Shown here in pieces: positions 1-10,469 of a DNA stretch of 64,000 nt. Made by a program: the position numbers and the translations under genes. Source of the DNA: Octopus vulgaris (taxonomy: Eukaryota); NCBI GenBank assembly GCA_951406725.2, contig OX597825.1:60078001-60142000 (forward strand). The letters are read 5' to 3'. Within the stretch, counting starts at the first letter, position 1. Each line of letters begins with the position of its first letter. Below the pieces are notes generated by a model, which made no database searches, had not been told where the DNA came from, and saw only the letters and a list, made by a program, of their open reading frames with translations.

Positions 1-242
1 TTTTTGCGGCAATATCTCTAACAAAATAATTCCAGAAGCAGTATTAGAACTAGAATGAATACTACTACGCTCACAATATATAATTAAGTCTTCGCATCTT
101 TCATGAAGTATCCAATTCAGTTTCGCAACTCTTAATTGCAAAAACAAACTACTTTATCCATCATATTCTCATAAAGAAAATTCCATCGTAACGTATTATG
201 AACTTTCTATGAAGATAGGACGACAGCATTAAGCATATATTA

Positions 243-638
243 CTCTTCACTCTTTTACATGTTTCAGTCATTTGACTGTTACCATACTGGAGAACTGCCT
301 TTAGTCGAGCAACTCGACCCCAGGACTTATTCTTTGTAAGCCTAGTACTTATTCTATCGATTTCTTTTGCCGAACCGCTAAGTTACGGGGACGTAAACAC
401 ACCAGCATCGGTTGTCAAGTGATGTGGGGGGCGGGAGGGGCAAACACAAACACATAAACACACACACACATATGTATATACGACGGCTTCTTTCAGTTTC
501 CATCTACAAAATCAACTCACAAGGCTTTGGTCGACCCGAGGGTATTGTGGAAGACACTTGCCCAAGGTGCCACATAGTGGGAATGAACCCGCAACCAAGT
601 GGCTGGTAAGCAAGCTACTTACCACACAGTCACTCCTG
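243..638 (-). mobile_element. tRNA-derived SINE, family A (CORE-like body, internal (TA)/(TG) microsatellite)
   Basis: The minus strand starts with a tRNA-like head carrying A/B boxes (GAGTGACTGTGTGGT...GGGTTCATTCCC). It continues with CORE-like GGCACCTTGGGCAAGTGTCTT and a short-repeat tail. Close copies lie at 4.4, 17.6, 36.3, 39.9 and 46.1 kb. Confidence 0.9.
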
Positions 639-1499
639 ACAGTAAGGCAAAAATATGTTTCTGACACGAATATCTGAACAGAGCCAACGCTTGTTACGCA
701 TGTCACATGTTTTACTCGATAGAATTTAACTGTTTGAGTTTTATAATTATGACTTGTTTCAGCCAAATTTCAGAGGCCAACCCTGGACCGCCTCATGCAC
801 AATACATCAACTGCTTGCACAAGCTTTCTTTTAGAACCACAACAAAAGATTTCTACAACAACCAAGTTGCTAATTTTGTCATTATTCCGTTTTTGTAAAC
901 GCAAATATTTTATTGCAATAAAAAGTTTAAAAAATAAATATTCCACAGCTGTAAATGCATCAACTTAACGAAAATATTAAATATTTGCTGACCTTTTATA
1001 AAAATGTCATGCAGAATATGTCAAACGTACATGTTTCTGTTTCGGTTTATTGATTAGTTACCTATTCAAACAGGCAAGCGAATGGTGTATTGTTTAGGCT
1101 GTTGGACTCACGATCGTAAATTGATGGATTCAACTTTCGGGCAGGCGACCAGTTATGTTCTTGGTTAAGACTTTTACAATGAATTAGTTCAGTTCTCTGA
1201 AAGCTAAGAGATATAATGAATGATTACAACCCTGATATATAATCATACACTAACGTTACTGATCTTGGACGAATGAAAGAAAAAACAACAAAAGGTTGGA
1301 TTTGAAAACCTTCCAACTACAGGCCATTTGTTACAAGAAACATAGTTGTGTATTCTTATTAATAACGGAAGAATAAAGTTATGACTATTATTCTTTAAAC
1401 CTATACCGTAAATTAACACGATGTAAATAAAGTAAATCACAACCTCGGTGTGTAGCTCTGTGTATAAGAAACACGAATTCTATGTTATGTTTTTTACTT

Positions 1500-1686
1500 T
1501 TATACTGATTTCGTCCTTAGCCACTACACACATTTTTTTCTCTCCTTGTTTTTTTCTGTGTCCCTTTCTGTAGAAGAGGGTAGGCTCGAAACGTAAAAGA
1601 CTTTTTCTATTCCTGAGCGTTATTCTAATACATCTGTTTGTATTGTACACCACCTGTCTTCGTCTTTTGTTATTTCCATAAACTGT

Positions 1687-1690
<4 letters not shown>
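1500..1690 (+). mobile_element. HHR-bearing Penelope-like/retrozyme 3' fragment (family F1)
   Basis: Homologous to 16735-16872 (+) and 61074-61260 (-). It contains an HHR motif and its 3' end runs directly into (TA)n at 1690. Confidence 0.7.
1564..1599 (+). ncRNA. Minimal type I hammerhead ribozyme motif, CUGUAGA core variant
   Basis: CUUU-CUGUAGA-A-GAG(gguagg)CUC-GAAAC-GUA/AAAG. Stem I is CUUU/AAAG and stem III is the loopless palindrome ACGU. Confidence 0.65.
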
Positions 1691-1753
<63 letters not shown>

Positions 1754-2159
1754 TATACATATATATACATATATACATATATATATAAATTTAAGTCACA
1801 TTATCTGGATTTAAGTAACACGTTAGTACTCATAAAGTATCGTTCTAAAAACATATGGAAGATATAGTAAGATAAAATTGAAAACGATAAGCTTAAATTC
1901 CACATTATTTTGAAGAATTTTCTTCACTTAGCATTAATGCAGACATGTAAGTAATTTATTTATCATTAAATATAATAGTATGAATTATTTACATATTTTT
2001 AAGTTAAGAAACAATTTGTCCTGATATTAGAACTTTGTTATTGCTAAATACAATTTCATCAAACTATGTCTCTGTCGTAGGAATTCATGCTAGATGTGTC
2101 GAAATAATGGTCGTGATTAATAATAAATTCTCGTAAATGTCATTTTCTATCTTTCATTT

Positions 2160-2228
<69 letters not shown>

Positions 2229-2231
<3 letters not shown>

Positions 2232-2430
2232 CCAAACATGAACAAAAGAGAAAACACAACAACGCGAGGACCTGGAACATGTACAGCGTTATTGGACGCT
2301 CAGAAAAGGAAAGAAAGAAGGAGGAATTAGCGTTTCGAGCTGAGCTCTTCGTCATAAACATAGAAAAAGGAAAGGTCCAAGGAAGGGAAGACGGAAAAAG
2401 AAAATCACCAACGATACACGCGCGGTTACA
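2229..2430 (-). mobile_element. HHR-bearing element family F2 with a degenerate ribozyme (2325-2359)
   Basis: Reverse complement of 60096-60279. The motif reads GUUU-aUGACGA-A-GAGC(uca)GCUC-GAAAC-GcU, with substitutions in the core. The 3' end abuts (TA)n. Confidence 0.7.
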
Positions 2431-4019
2431 TACTCGGGATTTCTCAAAATTCTTCTCAATGATATCTGGTTCTACTCGTTATACACGATGAAATACCTTG
2501 GATAAATTTGCTGAGGGCTGATTATTGGATATTGTTAACCAAATTCATATGAAATCTAATGCTTTATTGATAAATGCATAGATTTTTAAAGCAATTCGTT
2601 TCTTCTAACTATCTCCCTCTCTTCTCGCTCTCCCTTTCTTCTCGCTCTCGCTCTCCTCCTCTCTCTCTCTATTGTTTGTTGAATCTTCATGACAGTTGAT
2701 GGGCGTTCCGCTTCTTTGTTATGCTATATGCTTCCCTGGCCATTTTTAAACTTCTCAATCCACTCAAATACACTGTAATGAGAATAGTCAATGAATTTCA
2801 GCCACTGATACACCTTCTGGCCTGAGAAATCGGACTACTAATCTCTGTTACTCATTCATACACACTGCAGTAGTTGCTTTGGAACACAAGAAAGAAATCC
2901 GGGGCGATCAATTACAAACTTAGGTTACGTAACCACTTTGTTGTTTAGCCACATTGCCTTCGGCAATGTGGGTAAGCTAAAGAAAGCTTTGCAAAAATGC
3001 GAGTAACTGTTAAGTCACTCCTGTGTGTGCGTGTGTGTCTATGTATGCATGTATATAATGTATATATGTATGTATATAGCCATGTATCTATGTATGTATG
3101 TTTGTGTGTGCGCGCGTACGTGTGTGTTTATTCTAAAGCAGAGAAAGATAGAACGAGCGAAACGATTTGCTTTCTGCATAGTTTTGAGTTTGTTTGCAAC
3201 GAGCAGGTTTCATATAATTCTCTGACAATCATATTTCAAAATCTGTATCATTATAACAATAGATCTATATAACAATTTCTCACGCGTACGCATTGACTAG
3301 AATGTTCCAGAAAAAGTCAGAAATTGTTAAGCAATCATTTACACTGTGCGTTTACTTCGAATCAGTAATTTTCTAAAATATTATCAATAAAATCAACTTA
3401 AACTTTGACTCTCCTGTCTACAGTACAAATCTGATATCATATGCCAAGTGCAGAATACCATTTGTATTTCTTAAGGACCTTTAAGTAACCAACAAAGAAC
3501 TTTCCCTCTCCAGGCATATATTTCAATATCACTATAGATTCTCCTACACTAATATTGTCCAGTTTATTGCATTTTTTCTGCTTCATTGTATCAATTTCTT
3601 GAGGATTAAGTAATCGATCGAGTAGCAATTTACCGGCATTACGAAGGAAATTGTCTTGTCAAAACTGATGGCAGCTGCTTGAATCCGAAAATCCCCTGAG
3701 AAAATTCTCATGTTCACATAATCCAATATATGTATTGAGATAGTTGAGGAATATTTTACCTATCAATGTTATCTATACATTTGTTTATTCATCATATTGT
3801 GTAATGAAGCAGAGTCTATTGTAAAGTTTAATTGGTTTCAAGCATACGATATAATATCTGTTAGTGATCAGCAGTTAATGCCTTCCTTATTTATATAATG
3901 TCTCTTTAAATATTATATACGCAACGCATGAAACTCCACAGATATCTTGATATTCTATGAACTTAATAATGCGTACGATGCAGCCAAAATTATCCTTGCC
4001 GGGAATATACATTAACACA

Positions 4020-4120
<101 letters not shown>

Positions 4121-4333
4121 TGCTAGATAGATATTTACACGCAAGGATAAAGGAACAAGTACATATGAACAAGTATACACATGACTACGAATTTTCAATT
4201 TTTCAAAGATTTGGCGCGCCATGGAAAGAATATAGCCATATCATGAAACGTGCAATACATGCGATTTTAAAGGTGACAATCTTCTTCTTGGTTATTTTAT
4301 AAATATTTAATGTGCTAATACATATGTTTATAA

Positions 4334-4394
<61 letters not shown>

Positions 4395-4395
<1 letters not shown>

Positions 4396-4812
4396 TTTAT
4401 TACTTTTACCTCGTTTCAGTCATTTGATAGCGGCCATGCTGCAGCACCGCCTTCAGTCGAACAAATGAACCCCAGGACGTATTCTTTGTAAGCTTAGTAT
4501 TTATTCTATGGTTCTCTTTTGCCGAACCGCTAAAGTACGGGAATGTAAACACACCAGCATCGATTGTCAAGCGATGGTGGCGGGACAAGCACAGGCGCAC
4601 GAACATACACATACACACACACGCACACGCACACGCACACATACATGGTTATGAGACGGGATTCTTTCAGTTTCCATCTACCAAATCTACTCACAAGGAT
4701 TTGGTCGACCTGAGGCTATAGTAGAAGACACATGCCGAAAGTCCCACGCAGTGGAACTGAACTAGGAACCATGTGGTTGGGAAGGAAGTCTCTTACCACA
4801 CAGCCACTCCCA
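4395..4812 (-). mobile_element. SINE family A
   Basis: Colinear with 243-638 and 46051-46464. Confidence 0.88.
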
Positions 4813-5005
4813 CGGCTCCCTCTATATATCGACTTATAGTTATTAGTGTGTTTAAGTGTTGAATAGAACACTGGCACAGTTTGGGTTGAAACGAACGCTG
4901 TACAGAATAAAATTTAATACCAAGTCCATTTTCTCGTTACATAATCAATGTATATCTATATATATAAAATTAAATAAAGTTTTATTATTAGTGTTGTTCT
5001 TGTTC

Positions 5006-5007
<2 letters not shown>

Positions 5008-5078
<71 letters not shown>

Positions 5079-5132
5079 TTTATTATTTTTATTATTATCA
5101 TTCTTCTTCTTCTTCTTCTTCTTCTTCTTCTT

Positions 5133-5197
<65 letters not shown>

Positions 5198-5200
5198 CAT
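5008..5200. repeat. Compound microsatellite (TTA)n-(TTC)n-(TTA)n
   Basis: Read directly from the sequence. It explains the poly-Y/S/N/K/I/R ORFs here. Confidence 0.97.
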
Positions 5201-5626
5201 CATATACATATATATCCATACAAATGTTTAGTGGTTGGAAACTTTAATAATATTTTATTTCTGTCGAATAAATCTTGCAAATCAGGAGATTTACTTCTGT
5301 TCAAAGATTCTTCAGTCAAGTTATGAGTGACAAGCATTTCCGTCATGAGGGAGGTATAATCTGTTGTGTAACAACTTTGCTTTTATATCACAATAAGTGT
5401 ATTTCATGAAAATATTATTTATAATTTACAGTTCATTATTCACCACTCCAACGTACACACAGACACAAACGGACACAGACACACACACATGCACACACAG
5501 ACACCCCCACACAAACACACACGCACACACACACATATATATGTATATGTATATATGTATCTAAGGATATACATATGTGATTATATATCTTTGTGTGTAT
5601 GTATGTATGTATGTATATATCTATCT

Positions 5627-7586
5627 AATGGGAAATCTCCAGGTATGGATGGCATATATGCGGAGTTGTTACAACATGATGGTGAGAAACAGTTGTAGCA
5701 ACTTCACTCTTTGTTTGGTAAGATATGGGCTAGTGAATCTGTACTGGAGAGATACAGTAATCGTGGTCTTGTATAAGGGAAAGGGCAATAGGAATGATTG
5801 TGGTAACTATAGGGGAATATCATAGCTTTCTGTCGTAGGAAATGTTTTATGCTGGGTACTTCTGGATCGTCTTCTGAAACACGTTGCACATTGTGTTCTT
5901 CCAGAAAGTCAATCTGGCTTTCGTGTGGGCCGTGGCACTGCTGATATGATCTTCTCAGCTAGAGAGCTTCAGGAGAAGTGTGTGGAACAGGGTGTGGATT
6001 TGTATCTGTTTTTTTGTCGATCTGACAAAAGCCTTTGATACCGTTAATAGAAAAGCATTGTTGAAAGTCCTCTAGAAACTTGGGTGTCCTGAAAAGTTCC
6101 TTACTTTGGTTAGGTCTTTCCATGAATACATGAAGAGTAGGGTTACTGTTAGAGGGAAAATGTCGGAGCCCATTTCAATACAAATTGGAGTGAAACGGGG
6201 ATATTCTGGCACCGACCCTATTTGCCATATATTTTGTGATGGTTTTATGTATTGCATTCAAAAACTGCAGATATGGTGTCTAATTCCATTATCGAACCTC
6301 AATATCAGGCGCTTTGCTGCAAAAAGAAAGGTATTTACCTCTATCATAAGAGATCTTTTGTATGCAGATGATTGTGATCTAGTAGCGCACACAGAGATTG
6401 ATATGCAACACATTTTGAATGCATTCTCTGATGCTTGCACTGCCTTACGATTGACAGTCAGTCCCAAGAAAAATGTTGTCATGCACCTACCTGCCCCTGG
6501 TAAGAAGTATAGTGTACCAAATATCTATGTGTATGGTAAACGACTTGACGTAGTTGATCAGTTTGTCTACCTGGGAAGCACTATTAATAGATATAGCAAT
6601 TAGGATGATGAAGTTCGATACAGAATTAGGAAAGCAAGTGATGCTTTCGGAAGGTTAGAAAGGCGACTGTGGAGTCGGCGAGACATATGCAGAAAGACAA
6701 AGATAAAGGTGTACAAGGCATGTGTGCTCCATTCTTTTCGCTATGCCTGCGACCCGTGGGTCACATATTGATACCACCTTAAACAGCTGGAACGTTTCCA
6801 TCAGATGTGTCTCAGACGGATCTACGGCATTAACTGGGAGGACCGCATCAGTGATCTTGAAATATTGGAAGGCTCTCGGTGCGAAAGTATAGAAGGCTCA
6901 GATGGAGTGGTCATCTGGTCAGGAGGAAGGATTCAAGGATGCCAAAACAACTCTTCTATGGAGAGTTAGCTAAAGGAGAACTACCTCCACATAAACCAAA
7001 AAAGAGGTATAGGGACTTTCTGAAGGCTTCCTTAAGAGATGCTTGCATCTCTCCTGACACATGCAAGGGCATAGCTATTGATCGTAGCAGGCGGAGAAGG
7101 ATTATGCACGAGGGGACAGGTACATTTGAGAAATCTTGAGTTGCGCATGAGAATTAAGTGGTGATGTCAGGAAGGGCATCGCTGTTACACTTTCGGATGG
7201 GAAGGGTCTTTCTATTATGCTGACATGCAGTGTCTGTGCAAGACCCTGCCTCAGTAAAGCTGAACTCAAGAGTCGTCTTCGTAGTCATAAAGCGAGACAG
7301 ATGAGTGACAACCTGGCCACTGGTGGTGGTGTTAAATACCATACTAATCATATCTGTCAGGCATGTAGAAGAGAGTGTAATTCGGCAGGAGAACTTAAAT
7401 GACATACAAAGGTACATGAAGCCCAGTTACAACTACAGCCGGCTACTGCCGGTAAAGGTTTTAGCTGCCAATTCTGTACAAGGCATTGTAGATCTTTAGC
7501 TGGGCTAAAATGTCACATTCGATCACAGCACCAATAACAGTTAAGCTTCGTGCAATGGCAATACTCGATAACGTGGGGCAGCCATC
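5627..7586 (+). mobile_element. 5'-truncated, decayed RTE-clade non-LTR retrotransposon (reverse transcriptase plus C-terminal C2H2-like zinc fingers)
   Basis: Frameshifted fragments read GKSPGMDGIYAELL, VVLYKGKGNRNDCGNYRGIS, PESQSGFRVGRGTADMIF, VDLTKAFDTV, LLYADDCDL, VVDQFVYLGSTI and RLRWSGHLVR..SRMPKQLFYGEL. Three CxxC-x12-HxxxH-like motifs lie at 7217-7530. The element ends in an (ATCT)n tail. Confidence 0.93.
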
Positions 7587-7676
<90 letters not shown>

Positions 7677-7680
7677 GTAG

Positions 7681-7730
<50 letters not shown>

Positions 7731-7777
7731 ATATATATATATAAAATCAAAATAAGCGACAGGATATCAAATAGTGA

Positions 7778-7863
7778 TGCAGTACGACCGTTTCTAGCGA
7801 CTCCATTTAATTGAACAATGCAATCATTACATAAATTTAAATGCAGTGCTATCTTCGACTGCA
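7778..7863 (-). ncRNA. Type I hammerhead motif with a long stem II (family F3)
   Basis: UGCAG-ucGAAGA-UAGC.ACUGCAUUUAA...UUAAAUGGAGU.cGCUA-GAAAC(gguc)GUA/CUGCA. The first two core bases deviate. The 3' flank ends at (TA)n near 7742. Confidence 0.65.
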
Positions 7864-8331
7864 CAAATAAATAAATAAAATTTTAACAAGTAAAACACAC
7901 TAATATTATTTTTCTAAAATATTCTCACAAAGCAAGAACATGGAAGAAATCCATATTGTGGCTATTGTAGCTAAAAATAGACTACTCTTTCAAGAATCGC
8001 ATGGAACCTGGTGGGGTCATAGTGTTGCAAGGGATTGTAATTCATTTCTAATTCATTTATTTCTTTATCGACTACTAAATCTCAGACTAGAAATTGTGTG
8101 CCTATTGTGAATAAAGGACAAGAGTGAGTTGGCAGCTCATGGCTAGGTATGGTCATAAATATTGTCATATGTATATCTTTCCTCAAGGAGGAAATAAGAC
8201 ATTAGGAATAGTGAGTTGGTTATAAGTAACTGTCTATAAAAAGAGGAAAGGGTAGACTTTAAATGATGCTAATTACCAGTTAAAATGGCTTATAATCACA
8301 CACACACTCACGCGGGCACACGCACACACAC

Positions 8332-8391
<60 letters not shown>

Positions 8392-8407
8392 GAGACGGAT
8401 ATCGTGT

Positions 8408-8771
8408 GACTCTGACGGTTACGATGAGAAGATTTCAAGTTGATCTCATCAACAGAACAGCTTGCTTGCGAAATTAACGGGCAAGTGGCTGAGCACTCCA
8501 CATACACGTGTACCCTTAACGTAGTTCTCGGGGAAATTCGGCGTGTGACAAGGCTGGCTCTTTGAAATACAAGTACAACAGAAACAGAAAGAAAGAGTGA
8601 AAGTTGCGGTGAAAGAACACAGCAGAGTCCACCACCCCACCCGTCGCCGTAGCCTCGTGGAGCTTTAGGTGTTTTCGTTCAGTAAACACTCGCAACGGCT
8701 GGTATGGGAATCGAAACCGCGATCCTACGACCGCGAGGCCGCTGCCCAAACCACTGGGCAATTGTGCCTCC
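8408..8771 (-). mobile_element. tRNA(Arg-like)-derived SINE, family C
   Basis: The head reads GGAGGCACAATTGCCCAGTGGTT...GGTTTCGATTCCC. The 3' half is shared with 62347-62666. Confidence 0.85.
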
Positions 8772-8861
8772 ACGATTGATATAGTAATGGAAGTATATAT
8801 GCATGTGTGTATATTTTTACATGTGTGTGCATACATTTATGCAAGTGAATGTATATGTATG

Positions 8862-8920
<59 letters not shown>

Positions 8921-8923
<3 letters not shown>

Positions 8924-9198
8924 GGAGTAAACACATAAATGTGAAACAAGGTGGAAAAAAGAGTACTCAAATACCAGTGGTAGAGTAATATGCTTTATTT
9001 TAAGCAGCAGAAAATTCAACAAAATCTGTTACTCTGAGTTTCTCGTTGCCGTTCATCAGACAGTTTTTGCTAGAATGGAACCGATATATCAATTCAAATT
9101 GATATATCTGTTCCATTCTAGCAAAAACTGTCTGATGAACGGCAACGAGAAACTCAGAGTAACAGATTTTGTTGAATTTTCTGCTGCTTAAAATAAAG
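8921..9198. mobile_element. HHR element family F4 forming a fold-back palindrome (arms 8993-9094 and 9097-9198) inside (TA)n
   Basis: The 102-bp arms have one mismatch and a 2-nt spacer. (TA)n lies on both sides. A second copy is at 45399-45573. Confidence 0.85.
9128..9165 (+). ncRNA. Type I hammerhead ribozyme (mirror copy at 9026-9063 on the minus strand)
   Basis: CUGU-CUGAUGA-aCG(gcaa)CGa-GAAAC(ucaga)GUA/ACAG. The core is fully canonical and stem I can extend through GCAAAA/UUUUGU. Confidence 0.85.
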
Positions 9199-9222
9199 TA
9201 TATATATATATATATATATATA

Positions 9223-9960
9223 TTATACATGCTTGTGTAGGGATATATATATATGTATGTATGTATGTATGTATATATATATACGCTTGTGTAGGAATAT
9301 AATATATACCTACATCTATACAAACATGCATACCTACATACATAAGGACACATCCACACACTTATTGAGTGCCAGCACTTACAGGGTGACAGTGTGAACA
9401 CACAGACAAAACTCCTGTATATACCTATATGTATGTGTCTAAGTAGTGCTTAAATACATTGGGCTATGTATATGAATACATAATAAATGGAAGTGTTGTT
9501 TCACATCACATGTATGCATATGCACTTCTATGCATATACATGAACATGTGTTTGCACATACATATCTTTATGAGGAGCAATCATCTTGCCCCAAAATCTA
9601 TACCTGTATTGTGGTGTGCTCATTTAACAGGGGAGAAAATCGACGTGGTTCCTATCACTCGTATCTCTTTCAATTAGTGAATCTGTAAAATATTGGAAGC
9701 ATAAAAATCTTCATAAATTACAACAGATTAGGAGATCGAAAATCCACCTGACGAATGTCATTGAAGACATGAAACGATTGTAGTGGCGGTTTATTTCTTT
9801 ATATTAAAATTTTTTATGTATTGATTAAGTCTTTCCTTGTTTGTTTTGCAAAATAGTGGTTTTGTCTCGAATTATATTACATAATATTTTACTATAAAAT
9901 TGGATTTAATCCTAAATCTGATTTTTCCCTGTAAATTTAGATTTATTCCCTAATATTTAT

Positions 9961-10000
<40 letters not shown>

Positions 10001-10011
10001 CATGCTTGTGT

Positions 10012-10053
<42 letters not shown>

Positions 10054-10469
10054 ATATATATACGCTTGTGTAGGAATATAATATATACCTACATCTATAC
10101 AAAAATGAATACCTACATACATAAAGACACATCCACACACTTATTGAGTGCCATCACTTACAGGGTGACAGTGTGAACACACAGGCAAAACTCCTGTATA
10201 TACCTATATGTATGTGTCTAAGTAGTGCTTAAATACATTGGGCTATGTATATGAATACATAATAAATGGAAGTGTTGTTTCACATCACATGTATGCATAT
10301 ACATGAACATGTGTTTGCACATACATATCTTTATGAGGAGCAATCATCTTGCCCCAAAATCTATACCTGTATTGTGGTGTGCTCATTTAACGGGGGAGAA
10401 AATCGACGCGGTTCCTATCACTCGTATCTCTTTCAATTAGTGAATCTGTAAAATATTGGAAGCATAAAA
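9223..10469 (+). repeat. About 480-bp direct duplication (9223-9706 and 9996-10469) flanking an HHR-containing insert
   Basis: The copies are near-identical, with a few SNPs and one indel of about 16 bp. They are separated by 9707-9964 plus (TA)n. Confidence 0.93.
9744..9786 (+). ncRNA. Canonical type I hammerhead ribozyme (family F5)
   Basis: CCAC-CUGACGA-AUGUC(auugaa)GACAU-GAAAC(gauu)GUA/GUGG. Stem I extends through an AAAAU bulge to GAUCG/CGGUU. Confidence 0.9.

Noticed and set aside
646-684. HHR-like fold on the minus strand (CUGUUCA-GAUA uucg UGUC-A-GAAAC)
   Set aside because: Several core and stem III positions are wrong and there is no sister copy or (TA)n junction, so it could be chance.
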